Translations under genes and position numbers: made by a program
The notes under the pieces: generated by a model
The model's input: only the letters and a program-made list of their open reading frames with translations
Database searches by the model: none
Told to the model about the DNA's origin: nothing
Shown: positions 50,078 through 58,700 of the stretch, one piece after another
Layout: each line of letters opens with the position of its first letter
Numbering within the stretch: the stretch's first letter is position 1
Origin: Candidatus Obscuribacterales bacterium
Lineage (GTDB): Bacteria > Cyanobacteriota > Vampirovibrionia > Obscuribacterales > Obscuribacteraceae
Direction: 5' to 3'
Length of the DNA: 64,000 nt
NCBI GenBank assembly: GCA_965228855.1
Contig: CBDDIJ010000003.1
Span: forward strand, 1,152,001 to 1,216,000

Positions 50078-50752
50078 CTAAATGAAATAGACTTCTTGAG
50101 TCAGGCCTGTTGACTCTGATTCAAGCTTGAATTTGATTTTTGCCGCTTCAGGTGCTTTCTCGCCTGGAGGCATCACCGACATTCTTCGTCTCTGCAATTC
50201 CATCAGGACGTTAGTGTAGGAAGCGGATGGAACGGAAACGGATGCTACTTTGTCATGGTTCTTTAAAATATCCAGGACCAATCGAAGAATTGTGTTGCCT
50301 GCGGCTCTAGATTCGTCGTAGCCTGCGCATGGTGATTGAACTATTTTGATACCAACATTTTTGTCCGCGGGAATTTTGAGCATCGAACTGCGCTCCAACC
50401 CTATCGGTTGCCCATCGTGATACCAGAGGTTTTCGTAAGCTGAAATATCGCTTTTGGCATTCGATGGATAGAATGAAACTGAGGACTTGACGATCGATTT
50501 CAGGGTAAAGCTTTCGTGTTCGAACGTTCTCGGCGTCATGCCCGTCTCCGCTTGAATGACGAAATCCGGCGCTCCATCAGTAGTGGCACTCTTTTCGGCT
50601 TGAACATCGGTAACTGCACCGGTCTTGGACTGAACCTTGACGCTTGCGCCCCCGTTGGCGCATTGTGCGGAGACTCTTGCCGGTAGAACCGTTACAGCGC
50701 CCAGAACTGCTGAACTCAACGTGATACCGAATGCTATTTTTCTGAAGCTCAT
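50078..50752 (-). CDS. Secreted hypothetical protein (paralog of 52433-53059)
   Basis: Signal peptide; YENLWYHDGQPIGLER. Confidence 0.75.
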   Translation of the reverse strand: MSFRKIAFGITLSSAVLGAVTVLPARVSAQCANGGASVKVQSKTGAVTDVQAEKSATTDGAPDFVIQAETGMTPRTFEHESFTLKSIVKSSVSFYPSNAKSDISAYENLWYHDGQPIGLERSSMLKIPADKNVGIKIVQSPCAGYDESRAAGNTILRLVLDILKNHDKVASVSVPSASYTNVLMELQRRRMSVMPPGEKAPEAAKIKFKLESESTGLTQEVYFI

Positions 50753-50788
50753 TTGCTTTATAATCCTCGAAGTTAATTGTCGTTGCTA

Positions 50789-51310
50789 TCATTCATTGAT
50801 GAAGTATTCTAGTGAACTTGGGTCTTTTGAGAGATTTTCCCACTGAGAATGTGTTCTGAGAGTTATTTTTGCTGGTTTGAATGGCCCCTGGTAGAGTGCC
50901 GAGATTGTGCAGTCGGCTTTGACTTCCAGCGAGTAGATGCACTGTCCGTTGCTTCCGCCCGGTAGCCATTCGGCAGGCAGCACGCCGTTTTGTTTCGTAG
51001 TGCTACGGGCACCATCAGCGGTGGTAACTAAAATAGTGAGCTTTTCTCCACTGACAGTCACACCGCACTGATTCAAAAGTGTCTTGTACCACTGTTCTTT
51101 TGCGAGCATCGTCTGGGCGTCGGAGAATCGTTCACTATGAGCCAATCTGCGGCAGAGCTCAGTCAGGGCACCTTCGCAAATCATGTAACGCACGGGGATG
51201 AAAGACATGTTCAAAAGCGGAAGGAAGATAAACGTGATCAAGAGAAGAAATGCGCTTCCGAACTCTGATATGTTTCCTTTCTTTGATCGGCTTACAAACT
51301 GACTTCTCAT
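50789..51310 (-). CDS. TadE-like minor pilin
   Basis: KKGNISEFGSAFLLLITFIFLPLL prepilin-like N-terminus; GGAGGA SD. Confidence 0.7.
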   Translation of the reverse strand: MRSQFVSRSKKGNISEFGSAFLLLITFIFLPLLNMSFIPVRYMICEGALTELCRRLAHSERFSDAQTMLAKEQWYKTLLNQCGVTVSGEKLTILVTTADGARSTTKQNGVLPAEWLPGGSNGQCIYSLEVKADCTISALYQGPFKPAKITLRTHSQWENLSKDPSSLEYFINE

Positions 51311-51351
51311 AATTCCTCCGAACGTTTTATACAATTTCCTTGATTGGCTCA

Positions 51352-52281
51352 CTATTCTTGTATCCCGGCTCCAGTTGTACTCGCGACTCCGGTTGTTCTC
51401 ATATTGCCACCGGCTTTGAAACCAATTCCGGTATCAACTTTTAGATCTAGAGAAACCTGGGCGACCGACGGAGCGCATCCGGCAAGATGATTTTTTCGCT
51501 TTGCGGCCAGCATCACGCGAGCGGGAGCAATAATGCCGTCAACCGGTGCGGGCAAGCTCGATAGTTGGAAATCCAGGTCGGAATCAACGGTTGGTAAACG
51601 TAGTGCGTCCGGTGTTTCACTTTTGTACAAGATCATGGCCTTCGCATTTTTTCGTTTGTCCGTTATCAACTGCTTTGTTTCATCGTTTTTGTCCAGGTCG
51701 ACAAAACCTTTGAGTTGCTCCACGTTGCTCTCGACTTCGTCGATTTTGCCGAACTTGATGATTGCCAGCCGTGGCGTTCCTACTCTGAGCCAGGGCAGTG
51801 TCATCGCGTAGCTTCCTTTAATGTCGTTGAAACGCTGTTGCATTGCTTGAGTTGCTTCTACTTCGGCCAATTGTGCAACTCGTTTTCTCTCGCTACTAAG
51901 CGTCTTGGCCGATTCGCGAGCTTCGTCCAGGAGTGGCTCGGCAAATGATTTGAGATCCGGAAAGATCTTGATTGTGTCATCGAGGTCTTGTCTCGACGAA
52001 TAGACCAACTGCCTGCAACGTACTGTCATGTTGTTAATTTGACCTATGCGATCTTTGTCGTTGAGTTTCTTTGCACCGGCAAGCGCTATCTCATCCGCAG
52101 AGCATTGCAGTCTGTTGTTGACAAAAAACAAGCTGGCGAAGGAATACCCCATTAACAAGGTCACGCATGCGATTGCAAAACAAACGGATGAAAGAACTAA
52201 AAAGTTCCCTCTTGTATTCCGTCTTTGCGTGGCTTGGACTGTACGCCCTGGCTGGCAGTTTTTTTCGTTGTCCCTGTTCAT
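51352..52281 (-). CDS. TadG-like pilus-associated protein
   Basis: RNTRGNFLVL plus TM, then RLQCSADEIALAGA (Tad N-terminal motif LQxAADxAALAGA). Confidence 0.75.
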   Translation of the reverse strand: MNRDNEKNCQPGRTVQATQRRNTRGNFLVLSSVCFAIACVTLLMGYSFASLFFVNNRLQCSADEIALAGAKKLNDKDRIGQINNMTVRCRQLVYSSRQDLDDTIKIFPDLKSFAEPLLDEARESAKTLSSERKRVAQLAEVEATQAMQQRFNDIKGSYAMTLPWLRVGTPRLAIIKFGKIDEVESNVEQLKGFVDLDKNDETKQLITDKRKNAKAMILYKSETPDALRLPTVDSDLDFQLSSLPAPVDGIIAPARVMLAAKRKNHLAGCAPSVAQVSLDLKVDTGIGFKAGGNMRTTGVASTTGAGIQE

Positions 52282-52375
52282 TGTGTTGTAACTCGTGAAT
52301 GAAATCTTTGTACTTTCCCGGTCAGCGATTTGGTTTAGACATTAGGCTCGCTAGCTCTTCGATATTTCAAGAATA

Positions 52376-52402
52376 GAGGACGAACGTCCCACGTTCGTCC
52401 TC
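52376..52402 (-). terminator. Stem-loop between the subtilase/X unit and the tad-like unit
   Basis: 12-bp perfect stem gaggacgaacgt/acgttcgtcctc. Confidence 0.6.
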
Positions 52403-52432
52403 GAAATGTCTCCGATTTGTCCTCGGACTAAA

Positions 52433-53059
52433 CTAGTCGTCGCTGCCATTCGGGTTTCTGAAATAGAGCCTTCGGGAATTTCGCGAGGGGAAGGATTGCA
52501 TGTTGAACATCACGCTTCCGCCATGACCTGTCTCCACTTCTTGCGCGTAGTCTTCACATCCGCGCCTGAGAAGTGCATCGCAAATATCATCAAAGGTCTG
52601 GTCCGGGACGCTAATCGTAATGATTGGACAGAATCGATGATAGGCTTGAAGCGAGAAATGCATAAGTGCAAAGGCGATTGCTCTGTTCTCTTCTTCCGTG
52701 TTCGCCTTTTGCTCGACGTTTATATGCAGAAGTTTTCCGCGCTCCAGTCCTAGAATGCCTTTACGCTGCATTCCAATCGGTTTGCCGTCGTTGCACCATA
52801 GAGACTCATATTCTTTCGGTTCCTTGTCAGAGAGACTGGGTCTGTAGACCAGGTCGACCTTCACAACCTTGTTTAATTGCGATCCTTTGTACTGGAAGGC
52901 TCGCTTAATCTGTTGTGCTTTCAAGATGACGGTCCACTCGTTGCCATCCGCTGCTACGGCAAATTGATTTGTTGTGAGCACAAGCAAAGCTACAATCGTT
53001 GATGTTAAGCCCAGCAGGCCTGATCGCAACTGCTTTTTCATACAAACGGCGTATTTCAT
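52433..53059 (-). CDS. Secreted hypothetical protein (paralog of 50078-50752)
   Basis: Signal peptide; YESLWCNDGKPIGMQR; GGAGG SD. Confidence 0.75.
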   Translation of the reverse strand: MKYAVCMKKQLRSGLLGLTSTIVALLVLTTNQFAVAADGNEWTVILKAQQIKRAFQYKGSQLNKVVKVDLVYRPSLSDKEPKEYESLWCNDGKPIGMQRKGILGLERGKLLHINVEQKANTEEENRAIAFALMHFSLQAYHRFCPIITISVPDQTFDDICDALLRRGCEDYAQEVETGHGGSVMFNMQSFPSRNSRRLYFRNPNGSDD

Positions 53060-53088
53060 AACTCCTCCAAAAAATTTTTGTGCGATGA

Positions 53089-54732
53089 CTACTTTTGCGC
53101 AACCATGGATAGTGCGATGGATACAGCCTTCTCTGCATCCGGCAACCCGAAGCCGAATTCGTCCGTCCGTTGACCGTTGGTTCCGCAGGCTTGAATTAAG
53201 ACTTGTTGAACTTGCAGCGCAGTCAACTTCGGATTTACACGTGTCACTAGTGACGCAACACCTGCCACCAGCGGTGATGCAAATGATGTTCCGTCTACCG
53301 AACTGGTCTTACCTTTTCTTGTGGTGACCTGGATATCTGCGCCGGGACCACAGAAGTCGACGCAGCGTCCGGTGTTCGATCTCCAGCCGTTGTCCTTGAC
53401 GTTTACCAATTGCAGTGGTGCCGCGCCTTTCTTGATATCTTCTTCGCTGACTTGTTTGATCGCTGAGACAGTGTTGATGTAGTCGTATTCCTTGTATTTC
53501 ATCCGCTCGCCGCTATTTCCTGCAGCTACGAATACCAATCCTTGTCGATTGCGATAGAAGTATTTAAATAGCTCGTGCAACACTTCGTGATTGTCGATGT
53601 CGTTAATACCGTCAACACTGATGTTCACTATTCGGACACGGCGCTCGAGTGCCACCACCATTCCAGCTACGAGACCCATGTCATCAACTTTCTTTGAATC
53701 AGTAATCTTAATTGGAACGATATCAAGATCAGGATTTATTCCCACCGTGCCTTTGCCGTTTTCTCGTCCACCTGCACAGGAGGCGACGTTAGTTCCATGA
53801 CCGACATTGTCGCCCGTGCCCATGCTGAGAGTGTGAGCATAGTTGCCCCAGTGCTCGATCTCGTTTTCGAGATCCTCAACGTCGTCGCCGCCGATTCCGG
53901 TTCCTAGAAAACCATCCATCTCATCTTCCAATTTGTCGGCGATTTCTTTGTGGACCCCGGTGACATCAGCACCCCAACTGCCTATTCCGGTGTCTCCTTC
54001 CCACGAGCACCCCGAGTCGAGAATCGCCATGCCATTGTAGACATACCAGTTGTTGGGACCTTTGCGAACTTTATCCATCGCCTCGAACGCATGCATCTTC
54101 GGCAGATGCCACGAGAGCGAAACCGTAGGATCGGTAGGAACATGCGGACCCGCGCACAGATTCATTGATCTGTTTACGTTTACCGCCTGAAAATTCTTGG
54201 TGTCTTTGCCGAGCTTAGCCTCGGTTTGCAAGCCTTTCCCCTTCTCTGCTCGGAGAACGAGAACTTTATAATCACCTTTGCCTATGCTACCAATTACGGT
54301 ACCATGAACATCTTCAAGTGCTTTGTTCAGACTTTCCTTCTCCGCGCCGGCTTTCGGCATGACTAGAAGGATATCGCTGCCTGTGGTCAGATCTGGATTA
54401 TTGTGGCGGTACTGCTTCTTCGGTTTCGCCGCCAGCTTGTTTTGATAGTATTGAGCATATTGCTGTTGCTGACGCATGCGCTGGGCTTGCTGCATCTGTG
54501 CCATCTGCTGAGCTCTCCATTGAGCAATTTGCTGTGGCGTCCACTTGCGCTGGGCCGTTTGTGGCTTTGCCGCCCGGGTCGTCGTACCCGCTTGTGTCTT
54601 CTGAGCGACCGGTGCAGCCGCTGCGCCCATTGAAAACGTTGAAGATAGACCCATGATGGCTGCCATACCCGTTACAGCTGCTTTCCTCAGCTGTTTGCCG
54701 TTTTTTAATAGGTTTAATAACCCGATATCCAT
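53089..54732 (-). CDS. S8 family subtilisin-like serine protease
   Basis: Catalytic triad AILDSG, GHGTNVA, GTSFASP; VAAGN oxyanion hole; FGFG near the C-terminus; signal and Q-rich pro-region. Confidence 0.92.
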   Translation of the reverse strand: MDIGLLNLLKNGKQLRKAAVTGMAAIMGLSSTFSMGAAAAPVAQKTQAGTTTRAAKPQTAQRKWTPQQIAQWRAQQMAQMQQAQRMRQQQQYAQYYQNKLAAKPKKQYRHNNPDLTTGSDILLVMPKAGAEKESLNKALEDVHGTVIGSIGKGDYKVLVLRAEKGKGLQTEAKLGKDTKNFQAVNVNRSMNLCAGPHVPTDPTVSLSWHLPKMHAFEAMDKVRKGPNNWYVYNGMAILDSGCSWEGDTGIGSWGADVTGVHKEIADKLEDEMDGFLGTGIGGDDVEDLENEIEHWGNYAHTLSMGTGDNVGHGTNVASCAGGRENGKGTVGINPDLDIVPIKITDSKKVDDMGLVAGMVVALERRVRIVNISVDGINDIDNHEVLHELFKYFYRNRQGLVFVAAGNSGERMKYKEYDYINTVSAIKQVSEEDIKKGAAPLQLVNVKDNGWRSNTGRCVDFCGPGADIQVTTRKGKTSSVDGTSFASPLVAGVASLVTRVNPKLTALQVQQVLIQACGTNGQRTDEFGFGLPDAEKAVSIALSMVAQK

Positions 54733-54971
54733 TTGAGTAAACCTCCTGAAGTGTGTTTTGCGTGATTGGCATCGCCATCAACGCCATAATCACGAGAATA
54801 GAGGTCATTCGTCCCAACTTTGTCCTTTAGATGTCCCTGAAATGTCTCCGGTTGCATCCAAATCGTAAAGTTAGCTATATAAAGATTGAATGTTGTTTGA
54901 AAGCGCAGATCTGGGAAAATTTCCAGTGTAGAGCTTTCCGCCTTCGTCCCGTCCAAATTGAGGAGCCCGAC

Positions 54972-55262
54972 ATGAATAATGGTTTTAGAAGATTCTCGTC
55001 TCTGTTACTATCCGCAGCTGTACTCGTGCTCGGGATTGCGACTACCCCTCAGGCAGCTGAGGCTCGCCACTGCAAGAGTGGATACAAAGCCTATAAACGC
55101 TCTTCCAACTGTGGGCCAAACTACGGGCACCGCGCGTACAAGGTGAACAGAAAGAGCAACAGAATTGCTTATAAGGAAAACAAACGCGCAATTAAGTCAA
55201 ATGCTGTAAACGCTCAACGTGCCAACAAGAGCTACAGAAAAGCAGTTAGACGCTCGCGTTAA
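54972..55262 (+). CDS. Small secreted, highly cationic protein
   Basis: GAGGAG SD, signal peptide ending AEA, 65-aa K/R-rich mature part, own terminator. Confidence 0.8.
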   Translation: MNNGFRRFSSLLLSAAVLVLGIATTPQAAEARHCKSGYKAYKRSSNCGPNYGHRAYKVNRKSNRIAYKENKRAIKSNAVNAQRANKSYRKAVRRSR

Positions 55263-55304
55263 GCGCTGTTAGCTTGGGTTTCTTTAGTTGGGATAAAACA
55301 GATT

Positions 55305-55330
55305 AGAGGATCACCGTGTGGTCCTCTTTT
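55305..55330 (+). terminator. Rho-independent terminator
   Basis: agaggatcac-cgt-gtggtcctct plus T tract. Confidence 0.75.
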
Positions 55331-55353
55331 GTTATGACAAACTTCCTCTACAA

Positions 55354-55707
55354 TTAATCTCGTTCTTTCAGAGCTTCCTCAATATCGCGAGTAAGTTTTC
55401 TGTACTCGATTTCTACGTCAGGATCAAGAGTTAAACCGGCTACGGCTGTTGCTGTGGCCATATAGTCGAGTTCTTGTTTTCGCGCGATCATTTTCTCCAG
55501 GCGATTCTTTGCTGCCGCTCTTTCCTCGGAACTTACTGGGCTCTGATTGTGTTTAATAAGTGTGACGCTGCCGTCGGGCAAAACGCTGATATCGCGCCGG
55601 TCAAATCCCATTGATATGAGGCGTTCGATTTCCGCTTTTGTCTTTGCGGATTGTCCTTTTGTGTCGTCAGAATGCGCGTTAATGGCTACTTTCCTCTTTC
55701 GGAGCAC
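55354..55707 (-). CDS. Small hypothetical protein directly downstream of the giant protein (candidate immunity/partner)
   Basis: 117-aa ORF starting 6 nt after the upstream stop; helical C-terminus. Confidence 0.65.
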   Translation of the reverse strand: MLRKRKVAINAHSDDTKGQSAKTKAEIERLISMGFDRRDISVLPDGSVTLIKHNQSPVSSEERAAAKNRLEKMIARKQELDYMATATAVAGLTLDPDVEIEYRKLTRDIEEALKERD

Positions 55708-55713
55708 TTGGAT

Positions 55714-58700
55714 TTATCTTTGCATTACCGGAGTATATGCCGGTGGCGTTCGTAAATCGACACGCTGCTCCCGACCGAGTTCTTCGCTGAAGCGATCCCA
55801 GATTTTTCGAGCGCGGTCGAGTTCTTCCGGTGTCGCTGTGGAGTAGTCGATTAAGTCAGGATTTTCTTTTGTGCCTGTCCAGCCGGGCACCTTGTCGATC
55901 GCTCCTTCTGTGGGTAACCCCAGCTGGCTTCGTCCCTCTGCTGAATTTATCCATTGATTGACTCTGCTCTGAGCCGATTCGATGTCGCCTTGCATCCGAG
56001 CTGACTGCTGTTGAACGTACGCACGTGTTTGCTCGGTTGCTACACCTAGCTTGCCTTTCTCCGGAGCGCCAAGGAAGTCTCGCTGGCTTTGTTTCCAGCT
56101 ATCGACTGATGAGATCTGGGATGGGTTTTCAGGATTGCCGTAAAGCACGTGTCGGTCCTGGAAGAAAACGGCTTTGCCTGGACCGCGCAAACCTATAATT
56201 TTGCTCAGTCCGCCTGGACCTGCGTAGTTGTCGATTCCGTCAGCATCGATTAGCCCGCGTGAGAATTTATTCCAGCTGTTTCCTTCGTTGGGCACGTACC
56301 AGTAGTCTAAACCGGTGCGTTGCAAAAGAGCCTGTTCATCGGGCGTGAGGTTGACTGCTTTGGCGCCTGGGGGACCGCCCGGAACATGTATTAAGCCTTC
56401 TGGACCGAGTGCAAATGGATTTGAGATTTTTGCTTTCAAGCTATTGAAGGCGGTCGTTTCAGCATCGGTCATTACGCGATTTTCAGCCTTTATTGAACCT
56501 TGAATTGCTCCACCATAAATCATTGCCATAAACTCCGGAGGTGCAACCTGGTGTTCGAGAATAGCCTGTCGAATACCCGCGATGCGATCGGCGGACATGT
56601 CCGCAAGGTGAGTCTTCGCGAAGTGTTCGAATGCGGTCGCTCCGTCCACGTTGTGAGTGGTGAAATTGAACTTGGTCTTCAAACCGTCAGAGAACATGGC
56701 CGACAGAAGTAGATCTTGTGTCTCTGCTTTTGAGAAATTGTTACGAGCTGCATAGTCAACTGCGGCGCCGAATTCGCGCTGCGTGTGTTTCCAGTTGATG
56801 GCTTGCTCCGGATCGATTTCGACCATTCTTGTGCCGTGCTCGCGAACAGTTTGCAGTCCATCAAGAATTTGATTGCGCTCTGTCTCACTCATGCCGAGCT
56901 TTTTCGCAAGGCTATCGAATTCCTCTCCGACGTTTTTGCCGTCGATAGTTTTCCAACTGTGCAAGTCTTCTACTAGATCCGGGCGCACGCGATCAAATTC
57001 GGACTTCGCATAAGTTGGAAATTCGCTTTCGATAGGATTGCCTTTGGAGTCGACGATCGCTCCATGCTCATTAATGGTTTGACCACGCTCGTTAACTAGC
57101 CTGCCTTGACCGTTTACAAGTTTTCCATCTTCGTTGATTAACTGTCCACGCTCGTTTACAAGCCGTCCCTGCTGGTTGATCAACTGACCTTTTTCGTTGC
57201 GCCTGAGATTCGCTTGTTCTGGTGTGCCACCGTTATTGGTGCTAACGGGAGCTGCGTCAGTCGTCGGTTTCGCTGCGTCAGTTTGTCCGCTGGGACTGCT
57301 GTCTGTCTGACCTGTTGGCGCTGCGTCTGTTTGAGTTCCTGATTTGGTTCCGTGCGTTCCATCCTTTGGCTGCGGGATAGCTTCCGTAGTGGTGCGAGTA
57401 GCGGTGACAGTTTCTCCGGGGGTAGGATCTTTCACTCTCGGACCGTCGATTATTTTGTCTCCATCCATTAAGCGTCCACGGTCTGTTATAGTTTCGGTCG
57501 TGCCGTTGGCGCGGCGCACCGTTACAGGATCTCCCGGTGAGCCATGGACCACGACGTCGACTGCACCAGTCGCCGCATTAATTTCTTTGCTTACGTTCAA
57601 AACATATTTGCCACCGGCGGCGATACCTTTGAATGCCACAGGCATGATCAAACCGACCGCGCCGCCAATCATAGTCTGATCTCTAAGACTCGTCAGATCA
57701 AGACCGTGTTCGTTGAAAGGTGCGTCCGCGAGTGTTGCTACCGCATTGCCTCCCGCGCCAATTAAGGAGCTTTCTCCCATCTGTTTCAACATTCGGACAG
57801 CTACTTGTTTTCCGCCTTCAGCGGCTTGTTGATTCAAAGCCTGCATGCCAACTTCGATTGCTGTTCCATAATTGCGAGATACACTGCCGACAAGTTGAGT
57901 AGCTAAGGCATTTGTCGCATCTGCTCCCAAACTTGGAGCCGCTTGCTTTAAAACGGCAAGCGCTTCTTGCTGCCCGAAGTTTTTGCCTGCCTGCATCAGT
58001 GATTCGGCAAGGGCTCTCTCTACGGCTGCCCGTTCTGCTGCCTGTAATCCGGCCACGGAGCCAGCGACTGCTCCGTCGGCAAGTATTGCTTTTGCTCCTT
58101 GACCGAAGACGGCTGTAACCCTTCCGACTGGAGGAATCGCAAAAATCAAACCGCCCGCAACGGCACCATGGACGATATCACGCATCATGTGGCTGCGATC
58201 GTAGTCATTGCCAGTGAATGCCATCTTCGTGCCTACCGTGACAGCCGCTCCTGCAGTAGCAGCGACGCCGGCCCATGTTGCCAATGCAGCTACCGACATC
58301 CCGGCAGTGAATGGTGCGGTCGCCAGTGCTGCTGCCGTGATCGTAGCAGTTATCACCATCTCAGCTAGCTTCTCCTTCGACTGTTTGTGTTGCTCCCATG
58401 ATTGATTGAAATATTCGTCGAGCGCCTTCTGTTTGTCAGCGGGCAAAGTTTGGTAAATGCGCTGATATTCTTCCAGTGAATTCGCGGTCTGGTCGATAGA
58501 GCGTTGCATCGTGAGGTATGTTCCGTCCGCGGCTGCACCGCTGTCGCTGCGAAGGGACTTCCAGACATTGTCGTAGAATGTTTGCCTGCCATCGCCTGTT
58601 TCCGGTGTAAGGAGTCTCTTGAATTCGTCGACTTGTTTATCGTCCACTTGCGATAACATCGCGTCGTCCAAGTCCCTGTTGTACTTGAGTGCGAATTCGT

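Noticed and set aside
57031..57198. CRISPR-like array
   Set aside because: In-frame degenerate coding repeats without spacers; no cas genes
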